Shown in pieces: positions 41,111-54,039 of a DNA stretch of 64,000 nucleotides. Below the pieces are notes generated by a model. The model was not told the DNA's origin and did no database searches. It saw only the letters and a list, made by a program, of their open reading frames with translations. Position 1 is the stretch's first letter; each line of letters begins with the position of its first letter. The DNA comes from Azolla caroliniana. Taxonomy: Eukaryota; Plantae; Polypodiophyta. Location of the stretch: positions 142,789 through 206,788 of the forward strand of contig JBHGNT010000046.1 of NCBI GenBank assembly GCA_043228905.1, given 5' to 3'. A program made the translations under genes and the position numbers.

Positions 41111-44100
41111 AAATCTTGATTTTTTAATTCCATATTATAGCTAGCGCTGTTAGCTTCGATTCGCATGTTTGAACACAAAAATCCGATATCACACGAGCCA
41201 GGTATGAACATTTTAATTTACTCAAGGGCTCCTCCCAACTCACTCGTCAAATTTTGTAATTTCGTCATGTCTCTCGACCTGAGTTTCATAATCTTGATTT
41301 TTTAATTCCATATCATAGCTAGCGTTGTTAGCTTCGATTCGCATGTTTGAACAGAAAAATCCGATATTACACGAGCCAGGTATGAACATTGTATTTTACT
41401 CAAGGGCTCTTCTCAACTCCCTCCTCATGTTTGGTAATTTCGTCATGTCTCTCGACCTGAGTTTCAAAATCTTGATTTTTTAATTCAATATCATAGCTAG
41501 CGTTGTTAGCTTCGATTCGCATGTTTGAACACAAATATCCGATATCACACGAGCCAGGTATGATCATTTTAATTTACTCAAGGGCTCCTTTCAACTCACT
41601 CCTGAAATTTGGTAATTTCATCATGTCTCTCTACCTGAGTTTCAAAATCTTGATTTTTTAATTCCATATCATAGCTAGCGCTGTTAGCTTCGATTCGCAT
41701 GTTTGAACACAAAAATCCGATATCACACGAGCAAGGTATGAACATTTTGTTTTACTCAAGGGCTCTTCTCAACTCCCTCCTCATGTTTGGTAATTTCGTC
41801 ATGTCTTTCGACCTGAATTTCAAAATCTCGATTTTTTAATTCCATATCATAGCTAGTGTTGTTAGCTTCGATTCGCATGTTTGACCACAAAAATCCGATA
41901 TCACACGAGCCACGTATGAACATTTTAATTTACCTCCAAGCTACTCTCAGCTCCCTCCTAAAATTTGGTAATTTCATCATGTCTTTCGACCTGAGTTTCA
42001 AAATCTTGATTTTTTAATTCCATATCATAGGTAGCGCTGTTAGCTTCGATTCGCATGTTTGAACACAAAAATCCGATATCACACGAGCCAGGTATGAACA
42101 TTTTAATTTACTCAAGGGCTCCTCCGAACTCACTCGTCAAATTTGGTAATTTTGTCATGTCTCTCGACTGAGTTTCATAATCTTGATTCTTTCATACCAT
42201 ATCATAGCTAGCGTTGTTAGCTTCGATTCGCATGTTTGAGCACAAAAATTCGATATCACACGAGCCAGGTATGAACATTTTAATTTACTCAAGGGCTCCT
42301 CTCAACTCACTCCTCAAATTTGGTAATTTCGTCATGTCTCTCGACCTGAGTTTCAAAATCTTTATTTTTTAATTCCATATCATAGCTAACGTTGTTAGCT
42401 TCGATTCGCATGTTTGAACACAAAAATCCGATATCACACGAGCCAGGTATGAACATTTTAATTTACTCAAGGGCTCCTTTCAACTCACTCCTGAAATTTG
42501 GTAATTTCATCATGTCTCTCGACCTGAGTTTCAAAATCTTGATTTTTTAATTCCATATCATAGCTAGCGCTGTTAGCTGCGATTCGCATGTTTGAACACA
42601 AAAATCCGATATCACACGAGCAAGGTATGAACATTTTGTTTTACTGAAGGGCTCTTCTCAACTCCCTCCTCATGTTTGGTAATTTCGTCATGTCTCTCGA
42701 CCTGAGTGTCAAAATCTTGATTTTTTAATTCCATATTATAGCTAGCGCTGTTAGCTTCGATTCGCATGTTTGAACACAAAAATCCGATATCACACGAGCC
42801 AGGTATGAACATTTTAATTTACTCAAGGGCTCCTCCCAACTCACTCGTCAAATTTTGTAATTTCGTCATGTCTCTCGACCTGAGTTTCATAATCTTGATT
42901 TTTTAATTCCATATCATAGCTAGCGTTGTTAGCTTCGATTCGCATGTTTGAACAGAAAAATCCGATATTACACGAGCCAGGTATGAACATTGTATTTTAC
43001 TCAAGGGCTCTTCTCAACTCCCTCCTCATGTTTGGTAATTTCGTCATGTCTCTCGACCTGAGTTTCAAAATCTTGATTTTTTAATTCACTATCATAGCTA
43101 GCGTTGTTAGCTTCGATTCGCATGTTTGAACACAAATATCCGATATCACACGAGCCAGGTATGAACATTTTAATTTACTCAAGCGCTCCTTTCAACTCAC
43201 TCCTGAAATTTGGTAATTTCATCATGTCTCTCGACCTGAGTTTCATAATCTTGATTTTTTAATTCCATATCATAGCTAGCGTTGTTAGCTTCGATTCGCA
43301 TGTTTGAACACAAAAATCCGATATCACACGAGCCAGGTATGAACATTTTAATTTACTCAAGGGCTCCTTTCAACTCACTCCTGAAATTTGGTAATTTTAT
43401 CATGTCTCTCGACCTGAGTTTCAAAATCTTGATTTTTTAATTCCATATCATAGCTAGCGCTGTTAGCTGCGATTCGCATGTTTGAACAGAAAAATCCGAT
43501 ATTACACGAGCCAGGTATGAACATTGTATTTTACTCAAGGGCTCTTCTCAACTCCCTCCTCATGTTTGGTAATTTCGTCATGTCTCTCGACCTGAGTTTC
43601 AAAATCTTGATTTTTTAATTCACTATCATAGCTAGCGTTGTTAGCTTCGATTCGCATGTTTGAACACAAATATCCGATATCACACGAGCCAGGTATGAAC
43701 ATTTTAATTTACTCAAGCGCTCCTTTCAACTCACTCCTGAAATTTGGTAATTTCATCATGTCTCTCGACCTGAGTTTCATAATCTTGATTTTTTAATTCC
43801 ATATCATAGCTAGCGTTGTTAGCTTCGATTCGCATGTTTGAACACAAAAATCCGATATCACACGAGCCAGTTATGAACATTTTAATTTACTCAAGGGCTC
43901 CTTTCAACTCACTCCTGAAATTTGGTAATTTCGTCATGTCTCTCTACCTGAGTTTCAAAATCTTGATTTTTTAATTCCATATCATAGCTAGCGCTGTTAG
44001 CTTCGATTCGCATGTTTGAACAGAAAAATCCGATATCACACGAGCAAGGTATGAACATTTTGTTTTACTGAAGGGCTCTTCTCAACTCCCTCCTCATGTT

Positions 44101-47100
44101 TGGTAATTTCGTCATGTCTCTCGACCTGAGTGTCAAAATCTTGATTTTTTAATTCCATATTATAGCTAGCGCTGTTAGCTTCGATTCGCATGTTTGAACA
44201 CAAAAATCCGATATCACACGAGCCAGGTATGAACATTTTAATTTACTCAAGGGCTCCTCCCAACTCACTCGTCAAATTTTGTAATTTCGTCATGTCTCTC
44301 GACCTGAGTTTCATAATCTTGATTTTTTAATTCCATATCATAGCTAGCGTTGTTAGCTTCGATTCGCATGTTTGAACAGAAAAATCCGATATTACACGAG
44401 CCAGGTATGAACATTGTATTTTACTCAAGGGCTCTTCTCAACTCCCTCCTCATGTTTGGTAATTTCGTCATGTCTCTCGACCTGAGTTTCAAAATCTTGA
44501 TTTTTTAATTCACTATCATAGCTAGCGTTGTTAGCTTCGATTCGCATGTTTGAACACAAATATCCGATATCACACGACCCAGGTATGAACATTTTAATTT
44601 ACTCAAGGGCTCCTCTGAACTCACTCAAATTTGCTAATTTCGTCATGTCTCTCGACCTGAGTTTCAAAATCTTGATTTTTTAATTCCATATCATAGCTAG
44701 CGTTGTTAGCTTCGATTCGCATGTTTGAACACAAAAATCCGATATCACACGAGCCAGGTATGAACATTTTAATTTACTCAAGGGCTCCTTTCAACTCACT
44801 CCTGAAATTTGGTAATTTTATCATGTCTCTCGACCTGAGTTTCAAAATCTTGATTTTTTAATTCCATATCATAGCTAGCGCTGTTAGCTGCGATTCGCAT
44901 GTTTGAACACAAAAATCCGATATCACACGAGCAAGGTATGAACATTTTGTTTTACTCAAGGGCTCTTCTCAACTCCCTCCTCATGTTTGGTAATTTCGTC
45001 ATGTCTCTCGACCTGAGTGTCAAAATCTTGATTTTTTAATTCCATATTATAGCTAGCGCTGTTAGCTTCGATTCGCATGTTTGAACACAAAAATCCGATA
45101 TCACACGAGCCAGGTATGAACATTTTAATTTACTCAAGGGCTCCTCCCAACTCACTCGTCAAATTTTGTAATTTCGTCATGTCTCTCGACCTGAGTTTCA
45201 TAATCTTGATTTTTTAATTCCATATCATAGCTAGCGTTGTTAGCTTCGATTCGCATGTTTGAACAGAAAAATCCGATATTACACGAGCCAGGTATGAACA
45301 TTGTATTTTACTCAAGGGCTCTTCTCAACTCCCTCCTCATGTTTGGTAATTTCGTCATGTCTCTCGACCTGAGTTTCAAAATCTTGATTTTTTAATTCAA
45401 TATCATAGCTAGCGTTGTTAGCTTCGATTCGCATGTTTGAACACAAATATCCGATATCACACGAGCCAGGTATGATCATTTTAATTTACTCAAGGGCTCC
45501 TTTCAACTCACTCCTGAAATTTGGTAATTTCATCATGTCTCTCTACCTGAGTTTCAAAATCTTGATTTTTTAATTCCATATCATAGCTAGCGCTGTTAGC
45601 TTCGATTCGCATGTTTGAACACAAAAATCCGATATCACACGAGCAAGGTATGAACATTTTGTTTTACTCAAGGGCTCTTCTCAACTCCCTCCTCATGTTT
45701 GGTAATTTCGTCATGTCTTTCGACCTGAATTTCAAAATCTCGATTTTTTAATTCCATATCATAGCTAGTGTTGTTAGCTTCGATTCGCATGTTTGACCAC
45801 AAAAATCCGATATCACACGAGCCACGTATGAACATTTTAATTTACCTCCAAGCTACTCTCAGCTCCCTCCTAAAATTTGGTAATTTCATCATGTCTTTCG
45901 ACCTGAGTTTCAAAATCTTGATTTTTTAATTCCATATCATAGGTAGCGCTGTTAGCTTCGATTCGCATGTTTGAACACAAAAATCCGATATCACACGAGC
46001 CAGGTATGAACATTTTAATTTACTCAAGGGCTCCTCCGAACTCACTCGTCAAATTTGGTAATTTTGTCATGTCTCTCGACTGAGTTTCATAATCTTGATT
46101 CTTTCATACCATATCATAGCTAGCGTTGTTAGCTTCGATTCGCATGTTTGAGCACAAAAATTCGATATCACACGAGCCAGGTATGAACATTTTAATTTAC
46201 TCAAGGGCTCCTCTCAACTCACTCCTCAAATTTGGTAATTTCGTCATGTCTCTCGACCTGAGTTTCAAAATCTTTATTTTTTAATTCCATATCATAGCTA
46301 ACGTTGTTAGCTTCGATTCGCATGTTTGAACACAAAAATCCGATATCACACGAGCCAGGTATGAACATTTTAATTTACTCAAGGGCTCCTTTCAACTCAC
46401 TCCTGAAATTTGGTAATTTCATCATGTCTCTCGACCTGAGTTTCAAAATCTTGATTTTTTAATTCCATATCATAGCTAGCGCTGTTAGCTGCGATTCGCA
46501 TGTTTGAACACAAAAATCCGATATCACACGAGCAAGGTATGAACATTTTGTTTTACTGAAGGGCTCTTCTCAACTCCCTCCTCATGTTTGGTAATTTCGT
46601 CATGTCTCTCGACCTGAGTGTCAAAATCTTGATTTTTTAATTCCATATTATAGCTAGCGCTGTTAGCTTCGATTCGCATGTTTGAACACAAAAATCCGAT
46701 ATCACACGAGCCAGGTATGAACATTTTAATTTACTCAAGGGCTCCTCCCAACTCACTCGTCAAATTTTGTAATTTCGTCATGTCTCTCGACCTGAGTTTC
46801 ATAATCTTGATTTTTTAATTCCATATCATAGCTAGCGTTGTTAGCTTCGATTCGCATGTTTGAACAGAAAAATCCGATATTACACGAGCCAGGTATGAAC
46901 ATTGTATTTTACTCAAGGGCTCTTCTCAACTCCCTCCTCATGTTTGGTAATTTCGTCATGTCTCTCGACCTGAGTTTCAAAATCTTGATTTTTTAATTCA
47001 CTATCATAGCTAGCGTTGTTAGCTTCGATTCGCATGTTTGAACACAAATATCCGATATCACACGAGCCAGGTATGAACATTTTAATTTACTCAAGCGCTC

Positions 47101-48485
47101 CTTTCAACTCACTCCTGAAATTTGGTAATTTCATCATGTCTCTCGACCTGAGTTTCATAATCTTGATTTTTTAATTCCATATCATAGCTAGCGTTGTTAG
47201 CTTCGATTCGCATGTTTGAACACAAAAATCCGATATCACACGAGCCAGGTATGAACATTTTAATTTACTCAAGGGCTCCTTTCAACTCACTCCTGAAATT
47301 TGGTAATTTTATCATGTCTCTCGACCTGAGTTTCAAAATCTTGATTTTTTAATTCCATATCATAGCTAGCGCTGTTAGCTGCGATTCGCATGTTTGAACA
47401 GAAAAATCCGATATTACACGAGCCAGGTATGAACATTGTATTTTACTCAAGGGCTCTTCTCAACTCCCTCCTCATGTTTGGTAATTTCGTCATGTCTCTC
47501 GACCTGAGTTTCAAAATCTTGATTTTTTAATTCACTATCATAGCTAGCGTTGTTAGCTTCGATTCGCATGTTTGAACACAAATATCCGATATCACACGAG
47601 CCAGGTATGAACATTTTAATTTACTCAAGCGCTCCTTTCAACTCACTCCTGAAATTTGGTAATTTCATCATGTCTCTCGACCTGAGTTTCATAATCTTGA
47701 TTTTTTAATTCCATATCATAGCTAGCGTTGTTAGCTTCGATTCGCATGTTTGAACACAAAAATCCGATATCACACGAGCCAGGTATGAACATTTTAATTT
47801 ACTCAAGGGCTCCTTTCAACTCACTCCTGAAATTTGGTAATTTCGTCATGTCTCTCTACCTGAGTTTCAAAATCTTGATTTTTTAATTCCATATCATAGC
47901 TAGCGCTGTTAGCTTCGATTCGCATGTTTGAACAGAAAAATCCGATATCACACGAGCAAGGTATGAACATTTTGTTTTACTGAAGGGCTCTTCTCAACTC
48001 CCTCCTCATGTTTGGTAATTTCGTCATGTCTCTCGACCTGAGTGTCAAAATCTTGATTTTTTAATTCCATATTATAGCTAGCGCTGTTAGCTTCGATTCG
48101 CATGTTTGAACACAAAAATCCGATATCACACGAGCCAGGTATGAACATTTTAATTTACTCAAGGGCTCCTCCCAACTCACTCGTCAAATTTTGTAATTTC
48201 GTCATGTCTCTCGACCTGAGTTTCATAATCTTGATTTTTTAATTCCATATCATAGCTAGCGTTGTTAGCTTCGATTCGCATGTTTGAACAGAAAAATCCG
48301 ATATTACACGAGCCAGGTATGAACATTGTATTTTACTCAAGGGCTCTTCTCAACTCCCTCCTCATGTTTGGTAATTTCGTCATGTCTCTCGACCTGAGTT
48401 TCAAAATCTTGATTTTTTAATTCACTATCATAGCTAGCGTTGTTAGCTTCGATTCGCATGTTTGAACACAAATATCCGATATCAC
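40660..48485. repeat. 22-monomer (3912 bp) tandem duplication with internal 8-mer and 3-mer periodicities
   Basis: ORF markers 42612->46524 and 44036->47948 (3912 = 22 x 178 - 4), and 42612->44036 (1424). aagcgctcc is at 43181 and 43715 (534). Confidence 0.9.
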
Positions 48486-51400
48486 ACGAGCCAGGTATGA
48501 ACATTTTAATTTACTCAAGCGCTCCTTTCAACTCACTCCTGAAATTTGGTAATTTCATCATGTCTCTCGACCTGAGTTTCATAATCTTGATTTTTTAATT
48601 CCATATCATAGCTAGCGTTGTTAGCTTCGATTCGCATGTTTGAACACAAAAATCCGATATCACACGAGCCAGGTATGAACATTTTAATTTACTCAAGGGC
48701 TCCTTTCAACTCACTCCTGAAATTTGGTAATTTCGTCATGTCTCTCTACCTGAGTTTCCAAATCTTGATTTTTTAATTCCATATCATAGCTAGCGCTGTT
48801 AGCTTCGATTCGCATGTTTGAACAGAAAAATCCGATATCACACGAGCAAGGTATGAACATTTTGTTTTACTCAAGGGCTCTTCTCAACTCCCTCCTCATG
48901 TTTGGTAATTTCGTCATGTCTCTCGACCTGAGTTTCAAAATCTTGATTTTTTAATTCCATATCATAGCTAGCTTTGTTAGCTTCGATTCGCATGTTTGAA
49001 CACAAAAATCCGATATTACACGAGCCAGGTATGAACATTGTATTTTACTCAAGGGCTCCTCTCAACTCCCTCCTAAAATTTGGTAATTTCATCATGTCTT
49101 TCGTCCTGAGTTTCAAAATCTCGATTTTTTAATTCCATATCATAGCTAGTGTTGTTAGCTTCGATTCGCATGTTTGACCACAAAAATCCGATATCACACG
49201 AGCCACGTATGAACATTTTAATTTACCTCCAAGCTACTCTCAACTCCCTCCTAAAATTTGGTAATTTCATCATGTCTTTCGACCTGAGTTTCAAAATCTT
49301 GATTTTTTAATTCCATATGATAGCTAGCGGTGTTAGCTTCGATTCGCATGTTTGAACACAAAAATCCGATATCACACGAGCCAGGTATGAACATTTTAAT
49401 TTACTCAAGGGCTCCTCCCAACTCACTCCTCAAATTTGGTAATTTCGTCATGTCTCTCGACCTGAGTTTCAAAATCTTGATTTTTTAATTCCATATCATA
49501 GCTAGCGTTGTTAGCTTCGATTCGCATGTTTGAACACAAAAATCCGATATCACACTCGCCAGGTATGAACATTTTAATTTACTCAAGGGCTCCTTTCAAC
49601 TCACTCCTGAAATTTGGTAATTTCATCATGTCTCTCGACCTGAGTTTCAAAATCTTGATTTTTTAATTCCATATCATAGCTAGCGCTGTTAGCTTCGATT
49701 CGCATGTTTGAACACAAAAATCCGATATCACACGAGCAAGGTATGAACATTTTGTTTTACTCAAGGGCTCTTCTCAACTCCCTCCTCATGTTTGGTAATT
49801 TCGTCATGTCTCTCGACCTGAGTTTCAAAATCTTGATTTTTTAATTCCATATCATAGCTAGCGTTGTTAGCTTCGATTCGCATGTTTGAACACAAAAATC
49901 CGATATCACACGAGCCAGGTATGAACATTTTAATTTACTCAAGGGCTCCTCTCAACTCACTCCTCAAATTTGGTAATTTCGTCATGTCTCTCGACCTGAG
50001 TTTGAAAATCTTGATTTTTTAATTCCATATCATAGCTAGCGCTGTTAGCTTCGATTCGCATGTTTGAACACAAAAATCCGATATCACACGAGCCAGGTAT
50101 GAACATTTTAATTTACTCAAGGGCTCCTCTTGAAATTTGGTAATTTCGTCATGTCTCTCGACCTGAGTTTCAAAATCTTGATTTTGTAATTCCATATCAT
50201 AGCTAGCGTTGTTAGCTTCGATTCGCATCTTTGTACATAAAAATCCGATATCACACTCGCCAGGTATGAACATTTTAATTTACCTACTAGCTCTTCCAAC
50301 CTCACTCCTCAAATTTGGTAATTTCTTCATGTCTCTCGACCTGAGTTTCAAAATCTTGATATTTTACTTCCATATCATAGCTAGCGTTGTTAGCTTCGAT
50401 TCACATGTTTGAACACAAAAATCCGATATAACACGAGCCAGGTATGAACATTTTAATTTACTCAAGGGCTGCTCTCAACTAACTACTCAAATTTGGTACT
50501 TTGGTCATGTCTCTTGACCTGAGTTTCAAAATCTTGATATTTTACTTCCATATCATAGCTAGCGTTGTTAGCTCTGATTCGCATGTTTGAACACAAAAAT
50601 CCGATATCACACGAGCCAGGTATGAACATTTTAATTTACTCAAGGGCTCCTCTAAACTCCCTCCTCATGTTTGCTAATTTCGTCATGTCTCTCGACCTGA
50701 GTTTCAAAATCTTGATTTTCTAATTCGATATCATAGCTAGCGTTGTTAGCTTCGATTCGCTTGTTTGAATACAAAAATCCGATATCACACTCGCCAGGTA
50801 TGAACATTTTAACTTACCTACTAGCTCTTCCAACCTCACTCCTCAAATTTGTTAATTTCGTCATGTCTCTCGACCTGAGTTTCAAAATCTTGATTTTTTA
50901 ATTCCATATCATAGCTAGCGTTGTTAGCTTCGATTCGCATGTTTGAATACAAAAATCCGATATCACACTCGCCAGGTATGAACATTTTAATTTACCTACT
51001 AGCTCTTCCAACCTCACTCCTCAAATTTGGTAATTTCTTCATGTCTCTCGACCTGAGTTTCAAAATCTTGATATTTTACTTCCATATCATAGCTAGCGTT
51101 GTTAGCTTCGATTCACATGTTTGAACACAAAAATCCGATATAACACGAGCCAGGTATGAACATTTTAATTTACTCAAGGGCTGCTCTCAACTAACTACTC
51201 AAATTTGGTACTTTGGTCATGTCTCTTGACCTGAGTTTCAAAATCTTGATATTTTACTTCCATATCATAGCTAGCGTTGTTAGCTCTGATTCGCATGTTT
51301 GAACACAAAAATCCGATATCACACGAGCCAGGTATGAACATTTTAATTTACTCAAGGGCTCCTCTAAACTCCCTCCTCATGTTTGCTAATTTCGTCATGT

Positions 51401-54039
51401 CTCTCGACCTGAGTTTCAAAATCTTGATTTTTTAGTTCAATATCATACCTAGTTTTTTAGCTTCGATTCACATGTTTGAACACAAAAATCCGATATCACA
51501 CTCGCCAGGTATGAACATTTTAATTTACTCAAGTGCTCCTCTCAACTCACTACTCAAATTTGGTAATTTCGTCATGTCTCTCGACCTGAGTTTCAAAATC
51601 TTGATTTTTTAATTCGATATCCTAGCTAGCGTTATTAGCTTCATTTCGCATGTATGTACACAAAAATCCGATATCAAACTCGCTAGGTATGAACATTTTA
51701 ATTTACTCAAGGGCTCCTCTCAACTCACTACTCAAATTTGTTAATTTTGTCATGTCTCTTGACCTGAGTTTCAAAATCTTCATATTTTACTTCCATATCA
51801 GAGCTAGCGTTGTTAGCTTCGATTCGCATGTTTGTACACAAAAATCCGATATCACACTCGCCAGGTATGAACATTTTAATTTACTCAAGGGCTGCTCTCA
51901 ACTCACTCCTCAACTTTGGTAATTTCTTCATGTCTCTCGACCTGAGTTTCAAAATCTTGATTTTTTAATTCCATATCATAGCTAGCGTTGTTAGCTTCGA
52001 TTCGCTTGTTTGAATACAAAAATCCGATATCACACTCGCCAGGTATGAACATTTTAACTTACCTACTAGCTCTTCCAACCTCACTCCTCAAATTTGTTAA
52101 TTTCGTCATGTCTCTCGACCTGAGTTTCAAAATCTTGATTTTTTAATTCCATATCATAGCTAGCGTTGTTAGCTTCGATTCGCATGTTTGAATACAAAAA
52201 TCCGATATCACACTCGCCAGGTATGAACATTTTAATTTACCTACTAGCTCTTCCAACCTCACTCCTCAAATTTGGTAATTTTGTCATGTCTCTCGACCTA
52301 AGTTTTCAAAATCTTGATTTTTTAATTCCATATCAGAGCTAGCGTTATTAGCTTCGATTCGCATGTTTCTACACAAAAATCCGATATCACACTCGCTAGG
52401 TATGAACATTTTAATTTACTCAAGGGCTCCTCTCAACTCACTCCTCTAATTTGGTAATTTCGTCATGTCTCTCGACCTGAGTTTCAAAATCTTGATTTTT
52501 TAATTCGATATCATAGCTAGCGTTGTTAGCTTCGATTCGCATGTTTGTACACAAAAATCCGATATCACACACGCTAGGTATGAACATTTTAATTTACTCA
52601 AGGGCTCCTCTCAACTCACTACTCAAATTTGGTAATTTCTTCATGTCTCTCGACCTGAGTTTCAAAATCTGTATTTTTTAATTCCTTATCATAGCTAGCG
52701 TTGTTAGCTTGGATTCGCATGTTTGAACACAAAAATCCGATATAACACGAGCCACGTATGAACATTTTAATTTACTCAAGGGCTCCTCTCAACTCACTCC
52801 TCTAATTTGCTAATTTCGTCATGTCTCTCGACCTGAGTTTCAAAATCTTGATTTTTTAATTCCATATCATAGGTAGTGTTGTTAGCTTCGATTCGCATGT
52901 TTGAACACAAAAATCCGATATCACACGAGCCAGGTATGAACATTTTAATTTACTCAAGGGCTCCTCTAAACTCCCTCCTCATGTTTGCTAATTTCGTCAT
53001 GTCTCTCGACCTGAGTTTCAAAATCTTGATTTTTTAATTCCATATCAGAGCTAGCGTTGTTAGCTTCGATTCGCATGTTTGTACACAAAAATCCGATATC
53101 ACACTCGCTAGGTATGAACATTTTAATTTACTCAAGGGCTCCTCTCAACTCACTCCTCTAATTTGGTAATTTCGTCATTTCTCTCAACCTGAGTTTCAAA
53201 ATCTAGATTTGATTCGCATTCGCGTTGTTAGCTTCGATTCGCATGTTTGAACACAGAAATCGGATATCACACGAGCCAGGTATGAACATTTTAATTTACT
53301 CACAGACTCCCGTCAACGCACTCCTCAAATTTGGTAATTTCGTCATGTCTCTCGACCTGAGTTTCAAAATCTCGATTTTTTAATTCCATATCATAGCTAG
53401 CGTTGTTAGCTTCGATTCGCATGTTTGAATACAAAAATCCGATATCACACTGGCCAGGTATGAACATTTGAATTTACCTACTAGCTCTTCCCAACTCACT
53501 CCTCAAATTTGCTAATTTTGTCATGTCTCTCGACCTGAGTTTTCAAAATCTTGATTTTGTAATTCCATATTAGAGCTAGCATTGTTATCTTCGATTCGCA
53601 TGTTTGTACACAAAAATCCGATATCACACTCAACTCACTTCTCAAATTTGGTAAGTTCGTCATGTCTCTCGACCTGAGTTTCAAAATCTTGATATTTTAC
53701 TTCCATATCATAGCTAGCGTTGTTAGCTTCGATTTGCACGTTTGAACACAAAAATCCGATATCAGACTCGCCAGGTATGAACATTTTAATTTACCTACTA
53801 GCTCTTCCCAACTCACTCCACAAATTTGGTAATTTCGTCATGTCTCTCGACCTGATTTTCAAAATCTTGATTTTTTAATTCCATATCATAGCTAGCGTTG
53901 TTAGCTTCGATTCGCATGTTTGAACACAAAAATCCAATATAATCCTCGCCAGGTATGAACATTTTAATTTACCTACTAGCTCTTCTAACCTCACTCCTCA
54001 AATTTGGTAATTTCGTCATGTCTCTGGACCTGAGTTTCA

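Larger units (their letters stand above)
37511..50125. repeat. Satellite domain 2: type-B-free subfamily enriched for ctcatgtttgg, ttttgtttt, gcgctg, gagcaagg and ttcataatc variants
   Basis: No cctactag motif seen between ~37500 and 50281. The recurrent 102/113-aa pseudo-ORFs vanish here. Confidence 0.8.

Noticed and set aside
2160-48485. Large near-identical duplications as pure assembly artefacts
   Set aside because: Most copies carry a few private or lineage-shared SNPs, which favours real duplications. This cannot be fully excluded without reads, especially for the 22-mer at 13.3-21.2 kb.
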